Assembly: GCA_963733035.1 (NCBI GenBank)
Contig: CAVTBU010000005.1
Span: forward strand, 2,720,001-2,784,000
Reading direction: 5' to 3'
DNA length: 64,000 nt
Origin: Pirellulales bacterium
GTDB lineage: Bacteria; Planctomycetota; Planctomycetia; Pirellulales; PALSA-1355
Shown piece after piece: positions 33,816 to 45,295 of this stretch (position 1 is its first letter; the number at the start of each line of letters is the position of its first letter). The notes under the pieces are model-generated. The model was not told where the DNA came from, ran no database searches, and worked only from the letters and a program-made list of their open reading frames with translations. Position numbers and translations under genes: made by a program.

Positions 33816-33936
33816 CGGCTTTCGTGCCGGTCGGCGAGCAACTGGCGAACCTTTTCGGCCAGGTTTTACCGCGATTTGGGTGAACGTCGCGGATCCATAG
33901 TGCGCCACTAGTATTCATCAGGAAAGGCTTCCGAAA

Positions 33937-34509
33937 ATGTGGACTGACATGTTCGACCTCGATTTGCCCGTGCTCGAGAAAATCCTTCGACCCGTCATCG
34001 TTTATGCGTTCTTGCTGGTCGGGTTGCGATTGGCCGGCAAGCGCGAATTGGCGCAGCTCAATGCCATGGACCTCGTGGTGTTGCTGATGATTGCCAACAC
34101 GGTGCAGAACTCGATCATCGGCAACGACAATTCGCTTATCGGCGGCGTCATTGGCGCGGCCACTTTGCTGGCGCTGAACTACGTCGTCGTGCGGTTCCTG
34201 TTTACCCATCCCCGCTTCGACGAGTTGGTCGAAGGCTCTCCCACGAAGCTCATTGACCACGGCCAATTGAACCGCGGGCGAATGCAACGCGAGTTGGTCA
34301 CCCGGTCGGAACTCGAAGTTGCCGCCCATCGTCAGGGGTTCGGATCGCTGCGCGAAGTCGATCAAGCCGTACTTGAGCCGAGCGGCGTCTTCTCGTTCAT
34401 CGGCAAAGAACCCACTCCAGCCGAGGCCATGCGCCGGGAACTCGTCGCCAAGCTCGATGAAGTCAGCCGGCAGCTGGCCGATGTGAAATCCGCACTGGGC
34501 GGCCGATGA
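33937..34509 (+). CDS. DUF421 (YetF) membrane protein
   Basis: LRLAGKRELAQLNAMDLVV, VEGSPTKLI, AVLEPSGVFS. Confidence 0.92.
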   Translation: MWTDMFDLDLPVLEKILRPVIVYAFLLVGLRLAGKRELAQLNAMDLVVLLMIANTVQNSIIGNDNSLIGGVIGAATLLALNYVVVRFLFTHPRFDELVEGSPTKLIDHGQLNRGRMQRELVTRSELEVAAHRQGFGSLREVDQAVLEPSGVFSFIGKEPTPAEAMRRELVAKLDEVSRQLADVKSALGGR

Positions 34510-34596
34510 TTCACGCGGTACGCCCATGTCCATGGAACTTCGGAAATGGGCCGTCCCTGGATCATCTTGCGGACTCCATGCCCCTGGAAATGCGTC

Positions 34597-35469
34597 TCAG
34601 AGTTCGCGGTCGTCCACCTCAAACGTGTCGCCGTCCTCGAGGCGGCCACTCTTGAAGCCACGAGTAAACCAGCGGACGCGCTGTTGGCTGGTCCCGTGCG
34701 TGAAAGCGTCGGGAACGACGTAGCCTTGCGACTGCCGCTGCAGCCGATCGTCGCCGATCGCACTGGCTGCCCGGAGCGCCTCTTCGATGTCCCCTTCCTC
34801 GAGGATGCGGAACTCTTTCTGCGCGTGATGGGCCCATACGCCGGCCAAAAAGTCGGCCTGCAGTTCCAGACGTACCGAGAGCTTGTTGTAAGCCGCCTGG
34901 CTGATCCGGCCTCGCTGCCGTGCGACTTGTTCGGAGATGCCGAGCTGGTTTTGCACGTGATGCCCAATTTCATGGGCAATCACGTAGGCCTGGGCAAAAT
35001 CCCCCGGCGCTCGAAAGCGATTTTGCAACTCGCGGAAGAAACTCAAGTCGAGATAGACTTTCTGATCGGCAGGACAGTAGAACGGGCCGACGGCCGCACT
35101 GGCCAGGCCACAGGCCGAATTCACTTGGCCGCTGAACAAGACCAGCGTCGGGTCGCGATAGCGGCGTCCCATCTCCGTAAACTGCTCGGCCCAAACGTCC
35201 TCGGTGCTTGCCAGAACGACGCGCACAAACTGCGTCGTCTCGTCCTCCGGCTCGTTCGGATCCCGCTGTTGCACGGCGGGGCCTCCGCCCGCCCCGCCCG
35301 GTTGAATCCCTCCGGGGCCGAACAGCGCCTGAGGATCGACACCCAGAAATAGCATCAACAGAATAATCGCCAGCGTCCCCAGTCCGCCGGTGATAACCAC
35401 GGGCCCCCCGGCCCGAGTGCCGCGGCGATCCTCGACGTTGTCGCTTTGCCGTCCACCACGCCAACGCAT
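34597..35469 (-). CDS. Neutral zinc metallopeptidase (YpfJ family)
   Basis: MRWRGGRQSDNVEDRR, SACG, GPFYCPAD, YVIAHEIGHHVQ, ELQAD, FTHGTS. Confidence 0.95.
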   Translation of the reverse strand: MRWRGGRQSDNVEDRRGTRAGGPVVITGGLGTLAIILLMLFLGVDPQALFGPGGIQPGGAGGGPAVQQRDPNEPEDETTQFVRVVLASTEDVWAEQFTEMGRRYRDPTLVLFSGQVNSACGLASAAVGPFYCPADQKVYLDLSFFRELQNRFRAPGDFAQAYVIAHEIGHHVQNQLGISEQVARQRGRISQAAYNKLSVRLELQADFLAGVWAHHAQKEFRILEEGDIEEALRAASAIGDDRLQRQSQGYVVPDAFTHGTSQQRVRWFTRGFKSGRLEDGDTFEVDDREL

Positions 35470-35496
35470 CGACGTTGTCTCCGAAGTCTGTTCGAC

Positions 35497-35760
35497 TTAC
35501 GCCAATGAATACATTCCGTGGCCGGCGCGCTTGAGCTTTCCTTGTTCGACAAGCGCCTCCCAGACAGCTCGTGGGTACTGATCCGGCGGCGTAATGCCCG
35601 CGATCGACGAGCCGGCGCCCGAGCTCATGGGTCCGCGCCCGATCCTGGAGGCGTCGTCGAGCTGCATCAATTTGAGGCGTTTCTTAAAAGCCTTGAGGGC
35701 GGCCTTGAGCACCTCGGGGGCAGGTGCCTGTTCGGCAGGTTGGTCAGGTGTGTCGGTCAT
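35497..35760 (-). CDS. Hypothetical small protein (87 aa)
   Basis: Protein-like ORF MTDTPDQ...LKAALKAFKKRLKL...PPDQYPRAVWEALVEQGKL; co-oriented with and closely spaced to the peptidase gene. Confidence 0.75.
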   Translation of the reverse strand: MTDTPDQPAEQAPAPEVLKAALKAFKKRLKLMQLDDASRIGRGPMSSGAGSSIAGITPPDQYPRAVWEALVEQGKLKRAGHGMYSLA

Positions 35761-35874
35761 CGGTCTGCTCTCGAACGGTTCGCATTTGCAGCTGGAGAAT
35801 TGTAACCGCCGCCAGGGACCGATCACAACGCGTCAATGCCATGTCCGGCTGGTAAGAAAGGGCTATCGAGCATG

Positions 35875-35902
35875 AAAAAAGCTCCGGCGTTGCGGCCGGA
35901 GC
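35875..35902 (-). terminator. fusA terminator
   Basis: Stem GCTCCGGC/GCCGGAGC with A6 on plus (U6 on minus). Confidence 0.8.
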
Positions 35903-35937
35903 TCGATGAATTTATCGGTGAAAACCGTTTACCCCGG

Positions 35938-38028
35938 TTATTTCGCGCCGACGAGTTGTTGCTTCTTCTTTTCGGCCACGATGTCTTCCTGGATGTTTGT
36001 CGGCACGCGACGGTACTTGGAAAACTCCATGCTGAATGTGCCCTGACCTTGGGTCATGCTCCGCAGGTCGGTCGAGTAGCCAAACGTTTCCGCCAGTGGC
36101 ACTTCGGCTTCAATGGTGGCGAAGTCCCCCTTCATTTCGGTCGACACGATTAAGCCTCGACGGCTGTTCAACTCGCCGGCCACGGTGCCCTGGAATTGGG
36201 AGGGCACTTCGATTTCCATCTTCATCACCGGCTCAAGCAACACGGGCTTGGTCTTCATGAAGGTCTCGCGGAAGCAGCCGCGGGCACACGTCTGGAAGGC
36301 CATGTCCGAACTGTCGACTTCGTGGTAAGAGCCGTCCTCGAGAATCGTCTTGACGCCCACAATTGGGAATTCGGCAAGCGGTCCTTTCTGGAGCGAATCG
36401 CGGAAGCCCTTCTCAACGCTGGGAATATATTCCTTGGGAATACGCCCACCGACGATCTTTTCCTCAAATTCGAACGAAACCTCGGCCTCCTCGGGTAGCG
36501 GCTCGAAGCGGCCTTTGATGTGGGCGAATTGGCCGGAACCGCCGGTTTGCTTTTTGTGCTTGTAGTCGTAGTCGGCGGCCTTGGTCGGGGCTTCGCGGTA
36601 GCTTACCTTGGGTGCGCCAACTTCGACGTCGACGCCGTACTCGCGGCGAATCCGCTCGACGTAGATGTCCAGATGCAACTCGCCCATGCCCGCGATCACG
36701 GTTTCATTGGTCTCTTCGTCGGTAAAGACCCGGAACGTGGGATCCTCGCGGCGGAAACGCTGCAGGGCCTTGCCCATCTTGTCGCTGCCTTCGCGCGACG
36801 TGGGATTGATGGCCATCTTGATGACCGGCTCGGCGATGAACATGCTTTCGAGCACGCAGTACTTGGGCTGCGTGGCGAACGTATCGCCGCTGGCGCAGTC
36901 GATGCCCATCACGGCCACGATGTCGCCTGCGCCTGCGCTGTCGACTTCCTCGCGCTTGTCGGCGTGCATCTTGACGATGCGGCTGAATCGTTGCTTCTGG
37001 CCGGTGCGCTGGTTGAAGTGCAATTCGCCCTTGTTGACGGTGCCCTGGTAAATGCGCATGAACGTCAGTTGGCCGAACGGGTCTTCAACCAACTTGAAGG
37101 CCATGGCCACGAAGGGCTTCGACGGATCGGGCTCAAGCGGGAAATCCTGAGTCGGATCGGCATACTGCTTGGCCTTGACCGGTGCGCCCAGCGGCGACGG
37201 CAAATAGCGAATGATCGCATCCAGCAGCAGCTGCACGCCCTTGTTGCGATAGGCCGTGCCCATGAACACGGGCGTCAGGTCTTGGCCCTGCACGGCATCG
37301 CGCACAATATTGTGGATCAGCTCTTCGCTGATCGGCTCTTCCGAAAGCAACAGCTCCATGAGTTCATCGCTGTACATCGACAGGCTCTCGAGCATCGCCT
37401 GGCGGGCGGCGGTGGCGGCGTCCTGCAACTCGGCCGGAATTGCTTCCTCGCGCACTTTTTCGCCGTTGCTGCCGTCGAAGTAGTTGGCTTTCATCGTGAT
37501 CAGGTCGATCACGCCTTGGAAGTTGTCTTCCTTGCCAATCGGCCACTGCATCAACACGGCGTCGCAGCCCATCTTCTCGCGCACCTGGCCGACGACCTTT
37601 TCGGCGTTGGCCCCAATGCGGTCCATCTTGTTGATGAACGCCAGGCGAGGCACGTGATAGCGCTTCATCTGGCGGTCGACCGTTAGCGACTGCGATTGCA
37701 CGCCCCCCACGCCGCACAGCACCAGAATCGCGCCGTCTAACACGCGCAAACTACGCTCGACCTCGACCGTGAAATCGACGTGCCCCGGGGTGTCGATCAG
37801 GTTGATCGGGTGCCCTTTCCACTCGACGCTCGTGGCGGCGCTGGTAATGGTGATCCCGCGCTCGCGCTCGAGATCCATGTAATCCATCGTGGCGCCGTCG
37901 CCGCCGCCTTTCACTTCGTTGATGCGGTGAATGCGGCCGGCGTAGAACAAGATCCGCTCGCTGAGCGTCGTCTTGCCCGAGTCGATGTGGGCGGAAATAC
38001 CGATATTACGCAGTTTTGTCAGGTCCAT
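35938..38028 (-). CDS. fusA: Elongation factor G
   Basis: RNIGISAHIDSGKTT, ERERGITITSA, DTPGHVDF, GMGELHL, KKQTGGSGQF, DGSYHEVDSS. Confidence 0.98.
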   Translation of the reverse strand: MDLTKLRNIGISAHIDSGKTTLSERILFYAGRIHRINEVKGGGDGATMDYMDLERERGITITSAATSVEWKGHPINLIDTPGHVDFTVEVERSLRVLDGAILVLCGVGGVQSQSLTVDRQMKRYHVPRLAFINKMDRIGANAEKVVGQVREKMGCDAVLMQWPIGKEDNFQGVIDLITMKANYFDGSNGEKVREEAIPAELQDAATAARQAMLESLSMYSDELMELLLSEEPISEELIHNIVRDAVQGQDLTPVFMGTAYRNKGVQLLLDAIIRYLPSPLGAPVKAKQYADPTQDFPLEPDPSKPFVAMAFKLVEDPFGQLTFMRIYQGTVNKGELHFNQRTGQKQRFSRIVKMHADKREEVDSAGAGDIVAVMGIDCASGDTFATQPKYCVLESMFIAEPVIKMAINPTSREGSDKMGKALQRFRREDPTFRVFTDEETNETVIAGMGELHLDIYVERIRREYGVDVEVGAPKVSYREAPTKAADYDYKHKKQTGGSGQFAHIKGRFEPLPEEAEVSFEFEEKIVGGRIPKEYIPSVEKGFRDSLQKGPLAEFPIVGVKTILEDGSYHEVDSSDMAFQTCARGCFRETFMKTKPVLLEPVMKMEIEVPSQFQGTVAGELNSRRGLIVSTEMKGDFATIEAEVPLAETFGYSTDLRSMTQGQGTFSMEFSKYRRVPTNIQEDIVAEKKKQQLVGAK

Positions 38029-38360
38029 TGTGAACCTCGACCTCTCGCTGTCAGGGTGGGGGAACGCGGTGGTTATAGAACGTCAAACAGGCCCGCGCAT
38101 ACGCTGCACGTCAGCCGCGAAATCTAAGGGGGTCCATCCGCCTGGGCAGTACCGAAAATCCGCCTAGGCGTCGCCAGGGGAGTTGGCCATGCTGGGTTGC
38201 TAGACATAACATATTACGTAGGGATCGGCTTTCAGCAAAGAGCAAATTGGGCAAACTAGCCCCAAGGAGCCTGAAAATTCCGGGAATTGCCGCAGGCTTG
38301 GCAATGGTGGTCCCTCCCCTCGATTGACTTCCGCCCAGCTCGCAACTAGCTTTGCTCCGC

Positions 38361-39173
38361 ATGACCGCACACCACGAAAATGGGCACGCCACGGGCGCTC
38401 ATCAAACGCTCACAAATCCGGCCGGTGGCTCCCGGGCGCCCACCGGCTGGCTGGCCCGTTATCCGTGGGTGCCCTTCGTGGTGCCGTTCGCCGTCTACAT
38501 GCTTTGTGGCTCGCTCGAACCGACTTCCGACAAGCCGTTTAGCTGGCTGGGGGTGTCGATCGAGTATGCCGCTTATCCGCTGGTCTACACGGTCAAAATC
38601 GCGCTCACCCTGGTAGCACTGGCGGTCGTCTGGCCGGCTTACCGGCAATTTCCGTTCCGACTTTCGCCACTGGCACCCCTGGTGGGCGTCGTGGGGGTCG
38701 TCCTTTGGATTGCCATCTGCAAGCTGGAACTCGAGGCCACGCTGCTCAAGCCGCTGGGAATCGGCCAGTTCATCGACCTGGGCCTCCGTGCCGGGTTCAA
38801 TCCACTCGCGGAGATGACCGATCGCCCCGCGCTGGCCTATGGTTTCTTACTCGTTCGCCTGCTGGGTCTGGCTGTGATCGTGCCGCTCATTGAGGAATTT
38901 TTCATTCGTGCATTCGTGATGCGATTTGTCATTGACGTCGATTGGCCGAAGGTGCCATTTGGCACGCTCACCCCCACCGCCGTTCTGGCCGGCACGCTGT
39001 TGCCTGTCCTGATGCATCCGGCGGAACTGTTTGCCGCCGCCGTCTGGTTTACGCTGGTCACTTGGTTGATGTTCAAAACTCGAAATATTTGGGACTGCGT
39101 GCTGGCTCATGCCGTGACCAACGCCTTGCTCGGAGCCTGGGTCTTGCTGAGCGGCGATTGGTATTTCCTCTAG
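38361..39173 (+). CDS. CAAX prenyl protease-related (CPBP family) membrane protease
   Basis: Multi-TM; VPLIEEFFIR (EExxxR), conserved His in VLMH, AHAVTN. Confidence 0.88.
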   Translation: MTAHHENGHATGAHQTLTNPAGGSRAPTGWLARYPWVPFVVPFAVYMLCGSLEPTSDKPFSWLGVSIEYAAYPLVYTVKIALTLVALAVVWPAYRQFPFRLSPLAPLVGVVGVVLWIAICKLELEATLLKPLGIGQFIDLGLRAGFNPLAEMTDRPALAYGFLLVRLLGLAVIVPLIEEFFIRAFVMRFVIDVDWPKVPFGTLTPTAVLAGTLLPVLMHPAELFAAAVWFTLVTWLMFKTRNIWDCVLAHAVTNALLGAWVLLSGDWYFL

Positions 39174-39355
39174 TTGCGTTGTGTGCAGGGGTCGGCAGCC
39201 CGGTCGGCGTGCGATTGACCCCGGTCGACCGCTCGTTTGGTATGCATTCCTGGCCGACAATTACGATACCCGCGAACCCCTGTGGCCCCTCGGTGTCTTC
39301 AGCGTCTAATACGTCTTTCTTCCTCGGCCTTAGCGGTGTTGCAATCGTGCCAACC

Positions 39356-40204
39356 ATGTCGATTGTTGTGCGACTGGCGGCCGAGCCCGATTGGGTGGCG
39401 GCCGATCAGGTGCTGCGTGCGGCGTTCGAGCGCACTGCCAGCTTCCTGCCCCACTTGCGGCTGCACTGCCGATTCGCAGCCGACTTATTCTTCGTCGCCG
39501 AAGATGCCGGCCAGATCGTGGGCACCGTGGGCGCCGTCGACTACGGCCCGGTGGCCTACGTCGGACTGATGGCCGTCGAGCCAAACCGTCAGCACCAGGG
39601 CATCGCTCGTCGGCTCGTGGAGCACTTGCTCCAGCAGCTCGACGGTCGCGGATGTGCGCGGATCCTGCTCGATGCCACCGACAAGGGCGCGCCACTGTAC
39701 GAGCGTTTCGGATTCGTCGATGACGGCCGCGCTCGCGTCTTTGAGCTGCGCACGATGACAACGGATTCAAACGTCCGAGCCGCGTCGGAAATCTTTACCG
39801 ATGCGAAACTCGAAGAGCTGGTGGCCTGCGACACCAAGTCGTTTGGAGCGCCGCGCGAGCCGTTGCTCGCCGCGCTATTGGACCTGTATCGCGATCGTTT
39901 GCTCGTGGCCCGCGACGCGGCCGGTCGGCTGCAAGGCTACCTGTTCGCCCGCGACCCCACGCTAGGTCCTTGGGTGGCAAGCAGCCGGGACGTGGCCGCC
40001 GCGCTGTTGAGCGCGGCCCTGCGGCTTCCGTTCCTGCACACACCCCACGTGATGGTGCCCCGCTCGAACGACACGGCAGCCGGACTGCTGACCGAATGTG
40101 GCTTCATCGAGCAGCGGAGCCTGCGCCACATGCGCCGCGGCGGCGTCGGGCCCTGCGGCCGGCGGGATAACCTTTTCGGTCAATCGAGCTTCGCGCACGG
40201 GTAG
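39356..40204 (+). CDS. GNAT family N-acetyltransferase (YitH-like)
   Basis: VGLMAVEPNRQHQGIARRL, LDATDKGAPLYERFGF; second domain LGPWVA...GF...MRRG. Confidence 0.9.
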   Translation: MSIVVRLAAEPDWVAADQVLRAAFERTASFLPHLRLHCRFAADLFFVAEDAGQIVGTVGAVDYGPVAYVGLMAVEPNRQHQGIARRLVEHLLQQLDGRGCARILLDATDKGAPLYERFGFVDDGRARVFELRTMTTDSNVRAASEIFTDAKLEELVACDTKSFGAPREPLLAALLDLYRDRLLVARDAAGRLQGYLFARDPTLGPWVASSRDVAAALLSAALRLPFLHTPHVMVPRSNDTAAGLLTECGFIEQRSLRHMRRGGVGPCGRRDNLFGQSSFAHG

Positions 40205-40411
40205 CACCGATAGGAACGCCAACGCTTGAATCCTCGTCGCTGCGTGCTTACGATGGGTCGAGTTACGGCGTACTTCGCCATTTCTTTTGACAGGGCCTCC
40301 TGGGCAAGCTACTGAATTCGCCAAGCTCGTTTGGTCTGTTGTGTCCGCTGACGCATTCTCTTGCCGCGTCCAACTCTGCTTCCAGGACGTGGCTCTTGCC
40401 GAGGTCCCCAC

Positions 40412-41439
40412 ATGCGGTTCTGTCGCTCGTACATTTGGCGTTGCCGGTTCGTCAATCGGCTCAAATCAATCGTGCTATGCGCGATGGCGCTCGCGTTTTT
40501 CGCGCCCAAGTTCAGGCTGACCTGCTGATCGCCAGTTTGTACACCAACGCCGTTCTGCGATACGACAGTACGACTGGCGCGTTCATCGACGACATCGTTG
40601 CACCAAACTCCGGCGGCTTGACCGCGCCATTCGGTTTGGCTGTCGGTGCCGATCAGCGGCTGTACGTCAGCAGCGAACAGTTAAATAGCATCCTCCGCTA
40701 CGACGCGTCGACAGGTTCCTTTGTCGATGCGTTCGTCCCCAGCAATCCTGTCGGAGCGCTTCAACCACTGAGCATTCATTTCGGACCGGACGGAAACCTC
40801 TATGCCGGCAGCTATCAGACCCATTCCATCGTCAAGTATTCCGCTACCGGCCAGCTCCTGGGTACCGCTGCCACGAATCCAGACATGATTCGGCCGATCG
40901 ATTTTACGTTCGGTCCCGGCGGAGACATTTTCGTCAGTGACAACCAGGCGAACAAAGTATTTGAATTCTCATCCAGCGGACAGTTCATTCGCACGATCGG
41001 CGATGGCTTGGGCGACTGGCAACCGTGGGGCATATCGTTTGGACCCGATGGCGATTTGTACGTTGGCAGTGCGCTAGACGGCAATGTTGAGCGCTTCGAC
41101 GGCACAACGTTCAATGATCTTGGCATATTTGCCACGTCCAGCCCGGATGCGGCGAGCCTTGCATTCGGACCAGATGGCAACCTGTACGTGGCGAGCTGGC
41201 TCTACAACAGTGTCGTTCGTTTTGACGGCCAGACGGGACAATTCATCGATGTTTTCGTGAGTCCGCACAGTGGCGGTTTGAGAGGACCGAAACAAATCCT
41301 CTTCACCACTCAGGTCCCGGAGCCGTCCGGAATCAGCCTCGCGCTAGTTTGCGCGGCATGCGCGCCATATCTGGCGAGTAGCGAGGTGGCGAGAAATCGG
41401 CATCGGTTTCGACGACGGATTAGGCGAAAATCACATTAA
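40412..41439 (+). CDS. PEP-CTERM beta-propeller (NHL-like repeat) protein, frameshifted near 40502
   Basis: Repeated FGPDGNLY/FGPGGDIF/FGPDGDLY; C-terminal VPEPSG + hydrophobic segment + Arg-rich tail. Signal-like N-terminus from ATG 40412 (GAGG RBS) lies in another frame. Confidence 0.85.
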
Positions 41440-41475
41440 GCCCGTGATATTCCGCGTCGCCAAGTAGATCTCGCT

Positions 41476-42339
41476 CTACTTATCGAACCATTTCGTGAGC
41501 ATCCGCTTCGTGGCGGCGCGGCCCATGCGGCCGATGGAGGTGGTCAGCGGGATGCTCTTGGGGCAAACGGCGACGCAGTTTTGAGCGTTGCCGCAAATCT
41601 GGATGCCGCCCGCCTCCATCAGCGCATCGGTCCGCTCGTCGGCGTTGAGCTTGCCAGTGGGGTGCAGGTTGTAGTAGGCCGTCTGGCTGATGGCGTGCGC
41701 GCCGACAAAGTTCACGTCGTAAGTGGCATTTTCGCGGGCATGGAAAGCGGCATCACTTTCGCCAGGCGCCCGGGCCATTTCCAGATGCGCGTACTGCGGG
41801 CACGCGTCGAGGCAGCAGCCGCAACTCATACACTCACTCAGTGGGTAGGCTTGCTCCTGCTGTTCTTGCGATTGCCGCGGACCAGGGCCCATGTTGTAGT
41901 AGCCGTCGACCGGGATCCAGGCGTTCACTTTTTCGAGCGCCCGGAACAGCCGGCGCCGATTGACGCACAAGTCGCGGATGACCGGAAACTTGCTCATCGG
42001 CTGGAGTTCGATTTCGTCGGGTTTTTCCTCGAGCAGCCGATCGACCAGGGCCGAGCAGGCCTGACGCACGCGGCCGTTGATGATCATCGTGCAACTGCCG
42101 CAGACTTCCTCCAGGCAGTTGGCGTCGTATGCGACCGGCGTCACGTGCAGCCCTTCGATCGTCTCGGATTGGGCCGCGATTCGCTGCAGCACGCTGGTGA
42201 CGTTCATGTCGGGCTCGTAGTCGAGCCGATGCCGCTCCCAGTAGCTGGCCGAGTCCGGGTTGTCCTGCCGCAGCACGCGCACCTCGAACGTTCGCTGGCC
42301 GTGAGTGTGTGCGTGTCCGTTATGATTCGATTCGTTCAT
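41476..42339 (-). CDS. sdhB: Succinate dehydrogenase iron-sulfur subunit
   Basis: CLEEVCGSC, RQACS, CMSCGCCLDACP, CGNAQNCVAVCPK. Confidence 0.97.
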   Translation of the reverse strand: MNESNHNGHAHTHGQRTFEVRVLRQDNPDSASYWERHRLDYEPDMNVTSVLQRIAAQSETIEGLHVTPVAYDANCLEEVCGSCTMIINGRVRQACSALVDRLLEEKPDEIELQPMSKFPVIRDLCVNRRRLFRALEKVNAWIPVDGYYNMGPGPRQSQEQQEQAYPLSECMSCGCCLDACPQYAHLEMARAPGESDAAFHARENATYDVNFVGAHAISQTAYYNLHPTGKLNADERTDALMEAGGIQICGNAQNCVAVCPKSIPLTTSIGRMGRAATKRMLTKWFDK

Positions 42340-42432
42340 CACTCGAACTGCTCGTTTGCTCTAGTTAAGGCCTTCACTGGGCCCATTCATTAGTTTTGCC
42401 TCGAACGCCCGATCTAGCCGCATGAACTCCCG

Positions 42433-44437
42433 CTAGTGAACGCCGGCCGGCTTTTGCGCTGCTTTGGTCGGGGCATTTCCGTTGCCGCCGGCCGTGCTGG
42501 CCTTGGCTGCCTGGCGACCTCTCCACACTTCCTCGATGATCTCCGCCCCGACCAGCCCATACAGTCGCGGGCGCGGCGGAATGAGCGAGGTATCGACGTC
42601 TTCATAGCTCAATTCCACCTCGCCGTCAGGCTTCACCTTGGCAATGGTGCTCTTGAGCCACTTGGCCGTGTTGGCTTCGAAGCGGTCGCACCACAGTTCG
42701 GCTTCGCGGCGATGTTCGGCTGGATCGGTGGCTTCCAAACCCGGCATGGAAAACTCCGGCTTGAAATGTGCGCCGCGGCACTCGTCGCGGGCGATGGCCC
42801 CCATCAAGATGGCCTTGGCCAGCGGGAACATATCGCGCAGTGCCTTGGTGAACACGACGTTCTGATTCGTCCAGTTGCCGGTGTCCGACAATGAACAGCG
42901 CTTGGACCGTTCGGCCAATTCACTCACCTGGCCGAGGGCCTCTTTGAGCGAGCTATTGTGACGCACCACGGTGGCCGCCTTGGTCATCGCGTTGCCGAGC
43001 TCTTGATGTAACAGGTATGGATTCTCACCACCCGACGGGCGACGCAGGAGTTGATCGTGATCGGCCTGCTTCTCGGCGACGGCCGTCTCGTACAGCGCCT
43101 CGTCCGCCGGCTGCGACTTGCCTTTCAGCACGTTGACCACGCTCGGGGCGACCATCAGTCCGCTGAAAATGCAACTCAACAGCGAATTGGCGCCCAGGCG
43201 ATTGGCACCGTGATACTGATAGTCACACTCGCCAATCGCGTACAGATTCGGAATGCTTGTCCGCTGATTGCGGGGCGAACCAATGACCAGACCGCCCGAG
43301 GCGCTCTTCTCGTAGTCGACCCACAATCCGCCCATCGAGTAGTGGACGGCCGGGAAAATCTTCATCGGCACTTCGCGGGGATCGACCCCCTGGAACTTCT
43401 CGTAGATATGCAGAATTCCGCCGAGCTTGATGTCGAGCACGTGGCGCGGAATGTGCGTCAGGTCGAGATACACGCACAAGCGGTCCTTCTCGACGCTTAG
43501 GCCGTCCTCGGTGCACACGCTGAAGATCTCGCGCGTAGCGATGTCTCGGGGCACGAGGTTGCCGTATTTCGGATAGCGCTCTTCAAGGAAGTAATACCGC
43601 TCGTTCTCGGGAATCTGCTTGGGCGGGCGCGGGTCCTGAGGAGTTCGCGGCACCCACACGCGGCCCCCTTCGCCACGAGCACTTTCGCTCATTAGCCGCA
43701 ATTTGTCGGCACCAGGAATGGCCGTCGGATGCACCTGGATGAACTCGGGATTACCGTACTTGGCCCCGGCCTGAAACGTGCGGCTGGCGGCGCTGCCGGT
43801 GCAGACCATCGACATCGTCGAGCGGCCGTAGATCAACCCGCAACCGCCGGAGGCGATGATCACGGCGCTGGCCGGGAAGGCGCGAATCTCCATCGTGACC
43901 AGATCCTGGCCGACCACGCCCCGGCAGACGCCGTCCGCGTCGAGGATTGGGCCGAGGTAGTCCCACGCCTCATGAATCTTGACCTGGCCCGAGACACTCC
44001 AACGGCGCACCTGATCGTCGAGAGCATAGAGCAGTTGCTGGCCGGTGGTGGCGCCGGCAAATGCCGTCCGCTTGAACAGCGTGCCGCCAAAGCGGCGCTG
44101 GTCGCGAAAGCCCTCGGGTGTGCGATTGAACGGTACGCCCAGGCGGTCCATCAGGTCGATGATCTTGGGGGCCCAGTCGGCCATTTCCTTGACCGGCGGC
44201 TGATGTTGCAGGAAGTCGCCGCCGTAGACCGTGTCGTCAAAGTGCAGGTATTCGCTATCGCCTTGCTGACGTGTGACCTCGTTGACGCTATTGATGCCGC
44301 CTTGCGCAGACGCTGTGCGAGCGCTTGACGGGAGTCAGGCTCATCAGGTCGACATGAACGCCCTGTTCGGCCAACTTCATGGTGGCGGACAATCCGGCCA
44401 AGCCACCTCCGACGATCATCACACGCTGCTCTGCCAT
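42433..44437 (-). CDS. sdhA: Succinate dehydrogenase flavoprotein subunit, frameshifted at ~44302-44307
   Basis: MAEQRVMIVGGGLAGL...KRSHSVC|(AQ)GGIN, QVHPT, SESARGEGG, HYSMGG, HGANRLGANSL. Adding 2 nt restores CAQGG. Confidence 0.97.
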
Positions 44438-44476
44438 GGCATAACGCTCGATTCGAAACTTAGGTTGATCCGTGTG

Positions 44477-45295
44477 CTAGTCCTGTGAGGCCGATTCGCC
44501 GCCTGCATCAGACGCCGGTTCTTCGAGAACTTGAATGGCCTGTCGTGGCGCCTCCATGGCATTCTCGATTTTCTCGGCCTGCTCGACGTCGACGAAACTG
44601 AAACCGGACAAGGCGGTGATGCCCACGACGGTCAGGAAAAGTCCCATAAACACGCTTACCCAACTTGCCCTTCGCTGCGCCGCGGCGCTGGTCCAGATGC
44701 CCCAGGTAATGCCCTGCGTCCAGAGTCCGTTGGAAAAATGGTAGATCGCAGAAAGCATTCCCACGAGGTAGATGGCTTTCACCCAGAGTGGCTTGAGAGC
44801 CATCGCCGCGCTGCTGGCGGCATGTTCGGGATCGAATTGCGCGCCGAACTTGTGGCCGTCGATTTCCGCGAACGGCGCCCCAAATAAGTGGTGCAGCTGC
44901 ACCACGTGGAACACGATGAACACGAAGGCGATGATGCCCGTGGCACGCTGCAGCGTGTAGCGAATGTTGCTGGCGTAGGCGTACGAACTAGTGTTTGGCA
45001 TCGCCCCGGCGATAATCAACCAGCCGACCGCCGCATGGAACGTCAGGGGAATGAAAATAAAGGTCCACTCGACGATCCAAAGCGCCTTGCCCAGCGAGTG
45101 GATGCGGTCGACGTTCTCCTGAAACGCCGACACGCCGTTGATCACCGAGGCGTTGGTCAGTAAGTGCACAACCATGTAGGCCCCGATTGGCACGAGGCCC
45201 GCCAGTGAGAACAGGCGGTAAATCACAAACTGGTGGCGAACCAGGAAAGATGGCTCGGCGACGGTAGGCGAAGCGGGGGCGGACGTGGTTTCCAC
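44477..45295 (-). CDS. sdhC: Succinate dehydrogenase cytochrome b558 subunit
   Basis: RLFSLAGLVPIG...HL, LQRATG, FHV, HFSNGLW, WGI; first gene of sdhCAB. Confidence 0.95.
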   Translation of the reverse strand: METTSAPASPTVAEPSFLVRHQFVIYRLFSLAGLVPIGAYMVVHLLTNASVINGVSAFQENVDRIHSLGKALWIVEWTFIFIPLTFHAAVGWLIIAGAMPNTSSYAYASNIRYTLQRATGIIAFVFIVFHVVQLHHLFGAPFAEIDGHKFGAQFDPEHAASSAAMALKPLWVKAIYLVGMLSAIYHFSNGLWTQGITWGIWTSAAAQRRASWVSVFMGLFLTVVGITALSGFSFVDVEQAEKIENAMEAPRQAIQVLEEPASDAGGESASQD

